From assembly GCA_021199855.1 (NCBI GenBank), contig JAJQHD010000009.1:4287-68286 (forward strand): a stretch of 64,000 bases of DNA, given 5' to 3'. Shown here piece after piece: positions 45,082 to 54,270 of the stretch (its first letter is position 1; every line of letters begins with the position of its first letter). Under the pieces are notes generated by a model, which searched no databases, was not told the DNA's origin, and saw only the letters and a program-made list of their open reading frames with translations. Position numbers and translations under genes: made by a program. Origin of the DNA: Oscillospiraceae bacterium (GTDB taxonomy: Bacteria; Bacillota; Clostridia; Oscillospirales; Ruminococcaceae).

Positions 45082-45158
45082 GCCTGGAAAACTCCGATGA
45101 CTCCGAAGATAACAACGGCGAGCAGATTAAGGAGTCCGAGAACTTCTAAAACTGACAC
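45072..45158 (-). CDS. 28-aa hydrophobic peptide (type I toxin candidate 1)
   Basis: GGAGGTG lies 5 nt before GTG 45158. Peptide MSVLEVLGLLNLLAVVIFGVIGVFQAKK, TAA at 45074-45072. Its own TTGACA-17-TATAAT promoter is at 45243-45215 on the minus strand. Confidence 0.55.
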   Translation of the reverse strand: MSVLEVLGLLNLLAVVIFGVIGVFQAKK

Positions 45159-45289
45159 GTTATCACCTCCTTCTAAAAAAGAAGAGGTTTACCATCACTC
45201 CTCATGTCATAAGCATTATATCACGACCAAAACATCTTGTCAATAAAAACCGGCAGAGCTTTCTCCGCCGGTTTTCTCGTTGGCATATT

Positions 45290-47293
45290 TTAGTTTGCAC
45301 TCACAATCCCATAATACGCCTCCGACGTAATCTTATACACGACAGTATACACCACGACCACAACCGCAAGGCACGCTGCAGTTACTCCCAGGAACAGCCA
45401 GGTATTCATGAAGCCGCACATCTTGAGCATTTGAATCATAATCGGCGAGGCGAAGGCGATATGCACCGCCGCCATCACGACCGGCAGGAGGAAGACCGAA
45501 AGCATCTGCGAATTGATGCTCTTTTTTATCTCCGCCCTGGTCATCCCGACCTTCTGCATTATCTCGAACCGTGAGACGTCCTCATAGCCCTCCGAAATCT
45601 GCTTGTAGTAGATGATGAGCACCGCCGAGAGGACGAACATCAGGCTCAGGAATATCCCGAGGAACAGGAGCCCACCGAACAGACCGTAGTAGTCGGAGCG
45701 GTTCGCGGCAAGACTGTCGCAGCTTATATAATAATTTATGCCTGTGTTATAAAGGGCAAACACTTCTTTTTCGAGTTCTACACCATGTCTGCCGAAATAT
45801 GATCTCTGTTCTGATTCGCTGAGATTAGTAACGTCAAAACCGTACCACCACATCCTGTAGATATAAATCTCGTTTCCCCTGTCGCCGAGCATCTCAAAAA
45901 TCGGGTTGAATACGTCCAGATTGTCGACGACGATAATGAGCATTCCGTAAATGGTGCGCTGAAGCGGGCAAAAAGTCGGATATTCTATCTCAGATTTGAC
46001 GGCGAAGGTGCCAAGCTTGTCGATATAAATTTCGGACATATTTCCGCTTTCAGAGTAGAGTAGAACCTCGCCGCTTCCGAGAGTTTCGCTCGAACCATTC
46101 AGCCGGTTATAGGTGTCTATATCGAAGACGCAGACCTCGACGTAGTCGTCATCCGTATAGAGATAATCGAGTGCAAGGTTACCATCGGTAAAAATACCGT
46201 TCGTCATGATGTATTCATATTCGAGCTCGTTTTCAATTTCAAGGTCGTCGTCTATCGCAAGGTTCTTGACAACCTCCTTCTGTTCATCGGTGACTTCTTT
46301 GTGAGTTCCAAATTGGACGATTAAATCTCTCGGATAGAAATCTTCGAGGATGTCCTCAATTCCCATCATAATGCTTGAAGTAGACGAGAGCATAACGAGA
46401 ACAGCGGTCAAAAGAATACAGATTGAGGCGAGACCTGCGCCGTTGCGTTTCATGCGGTAGGTCATCGACGAGACGGAGACAAAGTGATTCGGCTTGTAAT
46501 AGTAGCGCTTCGACTTCTGCATGATTTTGCACATCAGGACGCTTCCCGACATGAACAGCATATACGTCCCGACCATGACGAGAACGGCGGCTAAGAGAAA
46601 TCCCATCATCATCGCCATCGGGTTTTCAAGCGTCAGGGCGAGATAGTAGCTGAAGCCTAAGATGACAGCTCCGAGAAGACCGAAGAACCAGTTTGCCTTC
46701 GGCGGCTTTTCGCCCATATTCTCGCTCTTGAGAAGCTCAATCGGGTTCGTCAGACGCACTTTAAGCAGTGAGAAAACAAACAGGAGTAGAAATATTATCG
46801 CAAATAAGAGTGCCGTTTCGGGGATAGCCTGCCAGGCAAGCTCTATCGTGAATGTCACGTCTCCCGAAATGAGATGAACGAGCACCAGCTCCGCAAGCTT
46901 GTAGAGGATGATTCCGAGAACGATTCCGCCGACAATCGCAGTTCCGGCGGTGAAAACGTGTTCCCAGATGAGAATACGGGCGATGTTGTGCTTGCTCATT
47001 CCCAATACATTGTAAAGACCAAATTCTTTCTGCCTGCGTTTCATGAGAAATGAGTTCGTGTAGAAAAGAAATATCGCCGCAAAGAGGGCTATGACGCCTT
47101 TTCCGAGTTCGAGGAGCGACTGCGCCGCATCTCCGCCGGACATCAGTCTTATCACATCCGATTCCGAAAGGGAAGTGATTATAAAATAGAGCATCACCAT
47201 GCCGATGCAGGCTAAAATGTGTGGGATATAGAGCTGTCGGTTGCCCTTGATGCCGTTCATTGCAAGGCGACGGTACAGACCACGCTTTTTCAT
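45290..47293 (-). CDS. BceB-type ABC permease (10 TM helices, large extracellular domain)
   Basis: 667 aa with FtsX domains at both ends and a domain of about 200 aa between TM7 and TM8. Overlaps the ATPase gene stop. Confidence 0.85.
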   Translation of the reverse strand: MKKRGLYRRLAMNGIKGNRQLYIPHILACIGMVMLYFIITSLSESDVIRLMSGGDAAQSLLELGKGVIALFAAIFLFYTNSFLMKRRQKEFGLYNVLGMSKHNIARILIWEHVFTAGTAIVGGIVLGIILYKLAELVLVHLISGDVTFTIELAWQAIPETALLFAIIFLLLFVFSLLKVRLTNPIELLKSENMGEKPPKANWFFGLLGAVILGFSYYLALTLENPMAMMMGFLLAAVLVMVGTYMLFMSGSVLMCKIMQKSKRYYYKPNHFVSVSSMTYRMKRNGAGLASICILLTAVLVMLSSTSSIMMGIEDILEDFYPRDLIVQFGTHKEVTDEQKEVVKNLAIDDDLEIENELEYEYIMTNGIFTDGNLALDYLYTDDDYVEVCVFDIDTYNRLNGSSETLGSGEVLLYSESGNMSEIYIDKLGTFAVKSEIEYPTFCPLQRTIYGMLIIVVDNLDVFNPIFEMLGDRGNEIYIYRMWWYGFDVTNLSESEQRSYFGRHGVELEKEVFALYNTGINYYISCDSLAANRSDYYGLFGGLLFLGIFLSLMFVLSAVLIIYYKQISEGYEDVSRFEIMQKVGMTRAEIKKSINSQMLSVFLLPVVMAAVHIAFASPIMIQMLKMCGFMNTWLFLGVTAACLAVVVVVYTVVYKITSEAYYGIVSAN

Positions 47294-48054
47294 TCTCCGG
47301 CACCTCCCTTACTCAGCATGGTGAGGGTGTCGGAAATCTTCTGATAAAGCTGTTCGTCACTCTGTCCGCCGCGGTAGACCTGATGGAAAACGACGCCGTC
47401 CTTGATGAATAAGACCCTGTTCGCATGGCACGCCGCCTTGACCGAATGGGTGACCATAAGAATCGTCTGCCCACAGGAATTTACTTTCGAGAAGAGGTTT
47501 AAAAGCTCGTCGGTGGCACGGCTGTCGAGCGCACCCGTCGGCTCGTCCGCTAAAATAATTCTCGGTTCTGTCACGAGTGCCCTTGCAACCGCCGCCCTCT
47601 GCTTCTGACCGCCGGAGACTTCGTAGGGGTATTTCTTTAAAATGTCCGAAATCCCCAGTAGCTCCGCAATCGGTTCGAGCCGCTTGAACATCTCCTTATA
47701 GGACATTCCTGAAAGAACCAATGGCAAGTAGATATTGTCTTCAAGAGTGAAAGTGTCCAGCAGATTGAATTCCTGAAAGACGAAGCCCAAGTTATCCCGA
47801 CGGAAGGTCGCCATGTCCTGCTCGTGGACTTTAGAAATATCTTTTGCATCTAAGATTACCTGCCCGCCGGTTGGCTTGTCAAGGGCGGCAAGGATATTGA
47901 GAAGTGTCGTCTTTCCCGAGCCGCTTTCGCCCATGATGGCGACATATTCGCCCTGCTCAACCGAGAAATTGACGTTTTTGAGCGCCTCGACGCTAGCCCC
48001 TCCCATGCGGGAAGTATAGACTTTCTGCAAATTTTTAACTTGTAGTAGTGGCAT
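47290..48054 (-). CDS. BceA-type ABC ATP-binding protein
   Basis: GESGSGKTTLLN, VSGGQKQR and ILADEPTGALD. Confidence 0.95.
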   Translation of the reverse strand: MPLLQVKNLQKVYTSRMGGASVEALKNVNFSVEQGEYVAIMGESGSGKTTLLNILAALDKPTGGQVILDAKDISKVHEQDMATFRRDNLGFVFQEFNLLDTFTLEDNIYLPLVLSGMSYKEMFKRLEPIAELLGISDILKKYPYEVSGGQKQRAAVARALVTEPRIILADEPTGALDSRATDELLNLFSKVNSCGQTILMVTHSVKAACHANRVLFIKDGVVFHQVYRGGQSDEQLYQKISDTLTMLSKGGAGE

Positions 48055-48152
48055 AAGATTTCTCCTTTACTTTTGTTACCTCGATTATAGCAAAAGAAGA
48101 ACCCATGAATCCATCGATTTCCCTTACAGTTTTCTTACATTTTTGTAAGATT

Positions 48153-49061
48153 TCAATTTGCTTGGACGTGTTTTTTGGAGAGATTCAGCCGTATAGTCGT
48201 GCCCTTGCCGAGCTGAGATTCCGCCGAAATCTCATAACCCAAATCGTCGCAGATTCTCTTGCAGAGATAAAGTCCGATTCCGCTCGCCTTCTTGTCCGTC
48301 CTGCCGTTATAGCCGGTGAAGCCCTGGTCGAAAATACGGGGCAAATCGTCCCCGGCAATCCCGATTCCGGTGTCCTTTATTGCGAGAACCTGCCCGGGTT
48401 CCATGAAGATTGAAATGCTCCCAGACGGCGTGTATTTCAAGGCGTTTGATAGCACTTGTTCGATGACAAACGAGAGCCATTTTTCATCTGTAAGAACCGC
48501 CTCCCGCACCGGCTTGTAGATAAGTTGAATTTTGCGGGCAATAAATTCTCCCGAAAACTTCCTAACGCAGGACCTTATGATGCTATCTAAGTCGCACTCG
48601 GCAAAAACATAGTCGGTGCTCTCTGAGTCGAGCCGAAGATAGGTCATGACCATGTCGGCGTAGCTTTCGATTCGGTTGAGGTCTGCACCAAGCTTTCTGC
48701 TTAAAGCGCTGTCCTCGCCCTGCAAACTAAGACGCATACTGGCGATCGGCGTCTTAATCTGGTGCGCCCAGACACTGTAATAGTCCATTCTCTGCCGGGA
48801 TTTCGCCTTTTCCGAAGAAATCATCTCCGTCAGTCTCGAAATCTTATTTTCGAGTTCTGAAATCTTCTCACACTGCTTCTTATACTTTCTGTAATCGAGC
48901 GCAAGATAAGCAATTACCAACAGTAATCCCAGCCCTATTGGGTAAGCCACCGCCGCAATCGGAAGCCCATAAAGTGCAAAGCTCACACAGAGCATTGCAA
49001 AAATCAGGACGTAGAGTGCAAGAAATGTGATTTTTGATTTTATGTAATTCCAGAATTTCAT
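48153..49061 (-). CDS. intramembrane-sensing histidine kinase (BceS-like)
   Basis: Two N-terminal TM helices with almost no extracellular loop. H-box VWAHQIKTPI, plus N and G boxes (NALKYT, DTGIGI, GIGLYL). Confidence 0.9.
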   Translation of the reverse strand: MKFWNYIKSKITFLALYVLIFAMLCVSFALYGLPIAAVAYPIGLGLLLVIAYLALDYRKYKKQCEKISELENKISRLTEMISSEKAKSRQRMDYYSVWAHQIKTPIASMRLSLQGEDSALSRKLGADLNRIESYADMVMTYLRLDSESTDYVFAECDLDSIIRSCVRKFSGEFIARKIQLIYKPVREAVLTDEKWLSFVIEQVLSNALKYTPSGSISIFMEPGQVLAIKDTGIGIAGDDLPRIFDQGFTGYNGRTDKKASGIGLYLCKRICDDLGYEISAESQLGKGTTIRLNLSKKHVQAN

Positions 49062-49062
49062 G

Positions 49063-49767
49063 TCAGTCTCCCAGAGGTTGCGGGCGGATAATATCCGCCC
49101 CTACAGAATATCCGACGCCGTGCTTCGTAGTGATGAAATCTTCAAGTCCCAGAGCGTCCAGCTTGCGGCGAAGCCGATTGATATTGACGGTCAGGGTGTT
49201 GTCGTCGACGAAGCTGTCCGTTTCCCAGAGTCTCTGCATCAGCCTCTCCCGGGAAACGGTTTTGCCCTTGCTTTCAAGAAGCGTGAAGAGAATCCGGTAT
49301 TCGTTTTTGGTGAGGTCAATCTTTTGCCCGCCGAAAACTGCGCTCGAATCCTCAGTCCTGAGACTCAACCCACGGTGTGAGAGAACCGGGCTTTCGGTGT
49401 AGTTGTAGCTCCGGCGGAGAAGTGCCTGCACTTTCGCCGTCAGCACGCTCATGTCGAACGGCTTTGCGATGAAGTCGTCGGCACCCATGTTGACAGCCAT
49501 GACGATGTTTAAGTTGTCCGACGCCGACGAGATGAAGATAATCGGCACGTTTGAAATCTTGCGAATCTCCTCGCACCAGTGGTAGCCGTTGTAAAAGGGA
49601 AGCATTATGTCGAGAAGCACGAGCTGGGGCTGTACTTCTGCAAATTCTCCGACAATATCAGAGAACTTCGTCGCCACCCGGCACTCGAAGCCCCATTTTG
49701 TCAGCTCCGCCGCCACGCCCTCCGCAATGCTTCTGTCGTCCTCGGCTATATAGATTTTGTAAGTCAA
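49063..49767 (-). CDS. OmpR-family response regulator (BceR-like) with a repeat-encoded C-terminal tail
   Basis: Receiver domain (YIAEDD...LLDIMLP) plus winged helix (...TKHGVGYSV). The last ~12 codons (GADIIRPQPLGD) are encoded by the family B hairpin. Confidence 0.9.
   Translation of the reverse strand: MTYKIYIAEDDRSIAEGVAAELTKWGFECRVATKFSDIVGEFAEVQPQLVLLDIMLPFYNGYHWCEEIRKISNVPIIFISSASDNLNIVMAVNMGADDFIAKPFDMSVLTAKVQALLRRSYNYTESPVLSHRGLSLRTEDSSAVFGGQKIDLTKNEYRILFTLLESKGKTVSRERLMQRLWETDSFVDDNTLTVNINRLRRKLDALGLEDFITTKHGVGYSVGADIIRPQPLGD
49081..49104. repeat. family B hairpin copy inside the response-regulator 3' end
   Basis: CGGGCGGATAATATCCGCCCCTAC. Compare with 27124-27147 and 27077-27104. 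Confidence 0.8.
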
Positions 49768-50657
49768 ACTCTCACCCCCATAATTTTGTCAAAATACTCA
49801 AGAATCTCTTTCAGCTCCTGACAGTCCTCCGACTCCTTCACCTTTTCCTCATCCTTATAGTAAACAAACATCGAGTACTGGCAGAAGGCGGAGATGGTGA
49901 TGTCTTGCTGGAATTTCTGCCTGTCGACCGTGAACAGCGGATTTTTGCTCATTTCTTCGTAGTAGGTTCTGAGAAACGCCTTCGCAGATTCCGGGGAGAT
50001 GTAGCGCTTGCCATCCCCATAGCCGACGAATGAAAACCGCCCTAAATCCAAGAAATAGGGGAGAATGTCGGCATATGTCCAGTCGATGAGCCAGGCGGTC
50101 TTGCCGTCCAGGAGTGCGTTTATCGGCAGAAAATCGTCGTGGACAAGAGTCCGTGGTGCCGAAAAGAACCGGGCTTCGATTTTCTCAAAAATGCCGTCAC
50201 AGCCGGGAAAATAGTTTCGGGACTTCTCCCAGAACCGAAGGACTTTTCTTTCAAAATAGCTCCTGCAACCGTCCGGGTTGGTGCCGGTTCCGAGATAATA
50301 GCTCTGAATTTTTGCAAGCTCCCTGCCGACAAGCCCCGCTTCCTCGGGAGAACAGTCTCTCGAGTCCGACCCATCAATATACGGCATAGTCACCCAGCAG
50401 TCGTCACCGTTCTGAAAGCTGGAGAGAATCTCCGGCACCGAAAAGCTGTGTCCGGCAAAGTATTTCCCGAACTTTTCATTGTCCCGGTCGGATTTTTTGA
50501 GCACGAAGTTGTCATCAAGCAGAAACACATCATAAATCTTATTCAGCCGGCTGTCGACAAATCTCCGGACAGAATCCTCCCCGGAAACCCCGGCTTTCTC
50601 AAATACCGGCGCAAATTCAGCCCATTCTTCGGCAGTCAGCCTGCGGTTTTCGTTCAT
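49764..50657 (-). CDS. APH/choline-kinase-family phosphotransferase
   Basis: LVHDDFLPINALLD (HxDxxxxN catalytic loop) and LIDWTYAD. Its stop overlaps the response-regulator start. Confidence 0.8.
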   Translation of the reverse strand: MNENRRLTAEEWAEFAPVFEKAGVSGEDSVRRFVDSRLNKIYDVFLLDDNFVLKKSDRDNEKFGKYFAGHSFSVPEILSSFQNGDDCWVTMPYIDGSDSRDCSPEEAGLVGRELAKIQSYYLGTGTNPDGCRSYFERKVLRFWEKSRNYFPGCDGIFEKIEARFFSAPRTLVHDDFLPINALLDGKTAWLIDWTYADILPYFLDLGRFSFVGYGDGKRYISPESAKAFLRTYYEEMSKNPLFTVDRQKFQQDITISAFCQYSMFVYYKDEEKVKESEDCQELKEILEYFDKIMGVRV

Positions 50658-50733
50658 AGCGTGATTCTCCTATAGCTTTTGGAAGTCAAAATTTCCTCTT
50701 GACAAAGAGGAGAAAGTGTCATATAATAAAAGT

Positions 50734-50847
50734 AGCGAGAGGGTTGCCTGAACCGGTAATTCAGACAACAAGGTCACTCTCCGAACAATAATGTTATGAG
50801 AAAGTGGAGCTGTTTTTGACCGTCAGGTCAAGGACAGCTATTTCTTT
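50734..50847 (+). ncRNA. predicted antisense sRNA (type I antitoxin candidate 2)
   Basis: TTGACA (50699-50704), a 17-nt spacer, then TATAAT (50722-50727). Terminator AGCTGT..TGACC-GTCA-GGTCA..ACAGCT followed by ATTTCTTT (50808-50847). Confidence 0.55.
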
Positions 50848-50927
50848 GAGCTATTGCCGATGGTAATGCCCAAATTGATAGCCGAAATCAGCAAACCCAG
50901 TAGTAGAATCACTGTTGAAACGTCCAT
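50838..50927 (-). CDS. 29-aa hydrophobic peptide (type I toxin candidate 2)
   Basis: AAAGGAG RBS and ATG at 50927. Peptide MDVSTVILLLGLLISAINLGITIGNSSKK, TAG at 50840-50838. Its own TTGACA-17-TATAAT promoter is at 51007-50979 on the minus strand. Confidence 0.55.
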   Translation of the reverse strand: MDVSTVILLLGLLISAINLGITIGNSSKK

Positions 50928-51067
50928 GAGCATCACTCCTTTCCGTTCGGAAAAGGGTGACCGCCTCTCGCTATGCGTATTATATCATATCTCAAAAACC
51001 ATGTCAATAAAAATCGCACCATGCCATTTGGTGCGGTTTTTCATATTTTCTCTTGCATTTCCCCTGA

Positions 51068-52249
<1,182 letters not shown>

Positions 52250-52254
52250 GGGGA

Positions 52255-52409
52255 AACCTCTCAGTCGCCTTCGGAAGTTCGCTTGCGAACTTCAACGCTC
52301 ACCCTTAAAAGGGGAGCCAGTAGTGCTAGTCACAAAAAGGCTCCCCTAATTTAGGGGAGCTGGCAGCCACGAAGTGGCTGACTGAGAGGTGCGTCCCCAT
52401 AGGGGACGC
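52255..52409. repeat. composite hairpin repeat (family A, inverted double unit)
   Basis: ACCTCTCAGTC, GAAGTTCGCTTGCGAACTTC, CTCACCCTTAAAAGGGGAGCC, spacer, GGCTCCCCTAATTTAGGGGAGC TGGCAGCCACGAAGTGGCTGAC TGAGAGGT, GCGTCCCCATAGGGGACGC. Confidence 0.85.
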
Positions 52410-52448
52410 GTCGCCGCCAGCCGACAACATTACAAAGGATGGTGAACC

Positions 52449-53117
52449 ATGAAATCCATAATTTTTGACCTCGACGGCACCCTTGTCGACACTGCTGAAG
52501 ATTTGGGAGACAGCGTCAGTGCGGCTCTCACTGAGCTTGGGCTTCCCATACATACTACTGAGGAGTACATCTCATATGTCGGCAACGGCACTTTGATGCT
52601 GGTGAAGCGCTCTCTGCCGGAAAATCTCCGGGAGGATGAAGAACTACTTAACAAAGCCCACGAGCTATTCTGCGATTACTATGCCAATCACTATCTCGAT
52701 AAATCCCGGGTTTATGATGGTATTCCCGAAGTAGTGAAGACTTTGAAAGATTCGGGACTCAAGCTCTACGTCCTGACGAACAAGCCCTATCAGTTCGCAA
52801 GCAAGATAATTGAGGAGTGCTTTCCGACCGGCATTTTTGAGCTAGTCGCCGGAAGCGGACAGGGCTTCCCGCGTAAGCCCGACCCGAGCTATGAGAACCA
52901 TCTGATTGAGCTTTCGGGCTCGGACAAGTCGGAAGTCATCCACATCGGCGACTCCGGCACCGACATCGAAACCGCCCACAACGCCGGAATAAAGTGCATC
53001 GCCTGCACCTGGGGCTTCCGAAGCCGCCAGTCGCTTGTTGAGGCGGGAGCGGAGTTTATAGTGGATGAACCGGGAGAGATTTTGAGAATTTTAGGGCGGC
53101 TTAATTCGGGATTATGA
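52449..53117 (+). CDS. HAD-superfamily phosphatase (phosphoglycolate phosphatase-like)
   Basis: IIFDLDGTLVDT motif I, LTNK motif II and GDSGTDIETA motif III. Confidence 0.85.
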   Translation: MKSIIFDLDGTLVDTAEDLGDSVSAALTELGLPIHTTEEYISYVGNGTLMLVKRSLPENLREDEELLNKAHELFCDYYANHYLDKSRVYDGIPEVVKTLKDSGLKLYVLTNKPYQFASKIIEECFPTGIFELVAGSGQGFPRKPDPSYENHLIELSGSDKSEVIHIGDSGTDIETAHNAGIKCIACTWGFRSRQSLVEAGAEFIVDEPGEILRILGRLNSGL

Positions 53118-53257
53118 ATTCGGAATGCGGAATTCGCTCCCTGCGGTCGGCGAAGCCGACAACTGTCAACAAATCACAAATTCCCTCTTGATTTCGTTCA
53201 AAAAATGTGTTATAATTGCCATTACAACGAAATTATCTTGTATAGGAGGATAAATTT

Positions 53258-53887
53258 ATGGAAGGCAGAGCAAAAACCATTGAATCGAGAAAGAATCGTA
53301 AGATTAAAATCAGCGTAATTCCCGGGCATTTTGCCACGAATCACTCGCATATCAACAACTACATCGACATGACGAAGATTAAGACCAGCCACATGATGGC
53401 TAAGGATGCCGCCACTCAGATTGCGGCTACCTATTCGTCCACCCCGATTCACACCATCATATGCATGGAGGGAACCGAAATGCTCGGTGCGTTCCTGGCG
53501 GAAAGCCTGGCTTCCGGCGGAATCAACCAGGGCGAGGACGTTGCTGTCATCACTCCTGAGCTCAACTCCACCGGTCAGCTCATTTTCAGAGACAACACCC
53601 AGAGCATGATTTGGGGCAAGAAGGTTCTTCTTCTCATTTCGTCTGTTTCGACCGGCAAGACCATCAACCGTGCTCTTGAATGTCTCAATTACTATTCCGG
53701 CGAACTGGTTGCAATTGCTTCCATCTTCTCCGCAATCTCCGAGTCGAACGGAATCGCTGTCCACAGCGTCTTCACTCCTGATGACATCCCGGGTTATCAG
53801 ACATTCATCCAGCGTGAGTGCCCTATGTGTCAGGCAGGGCAGAAGGTCGACGCCATTGTCAACAGCTTCGGCTATTCAAAAATCTGA
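53258..53887 (+). CDS. phosphoribosyltransferase-like protein (divergent PRPP loop)
   Basis: KKVLLLISSVSTGKT resembles a degenerate type I PRT PRPP-binding loop. A C-terminal CPMC pair is present. Function is uncertain. Confidence 0.5.
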   Translation: MEGRAKTIESRKNRKIKISVIPGHFATNHSHINNYIDMTKIKTSHMMAKDAATQIAATYSSTPIHTIICMEGTEMLGAFLAESLASGGINQGEDVAVITPELNSTGQLIFRDNTQSMIWGKKVLLLISSVSTGKTINRALECLNYYSGELVAIASIFSAISESNGIAVHSVFTPDDIPGYQTFIQRECPMCQAGQKVDAIVNSFGYSKI

Positions 53888-53981
53888 TTTTTCCATAAAG
53901 AGGGCGGAAACGTCCTCTTTTTTCTGAAATTTTTGTGAAAAAACTGTTGCAATCGGCTTTAAGGCGTGATATAATAACCAT

Positions 53982-54228
53982 GTATTTGAAACGCTGTGAC
54001 GAAGAGAGTAGAGGGCAGGGTGCTTTAAAGAGAGTCCCGCACGGTCTAGAGCCGTTGCTGAGAGCGGGGTAATCCATCTTCCATCGAAGTTCACTTCCGA
54101 GCGGTTTTGCTGAAGCTTAAGATAGTTGTAGGCGAAAACGGTTACGCCACGTTAAGGCGTTAAGGAGTGTCGGCTCCCGAAAATGGGTGGTTGCAGGCTA
54201 GGCTTATCCCGTTTGGGATGAGCTATTT
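53982..54228 (+). promoter_or_regulatory. T-box leader (Phe specifier) controlling pheST
   Basis: Promoter TTGCAA-17-TATAAT (53947-53975). AGAGA/AGTA stem I motifs. Specifier candidate GAAG-TTC-A (TTC 54090-54092). T-box core AATGGGTGGTTGC (54182-54194). Terminator GCTTATCCC-GTTT-GGGATGAGC followed by a T-run (54201-54228). Confidence 0.8.
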
Positions 54229-54270
54229 TTATTGCTACCGCTATATCCTCGACAGAAAGGAAATGAAATC

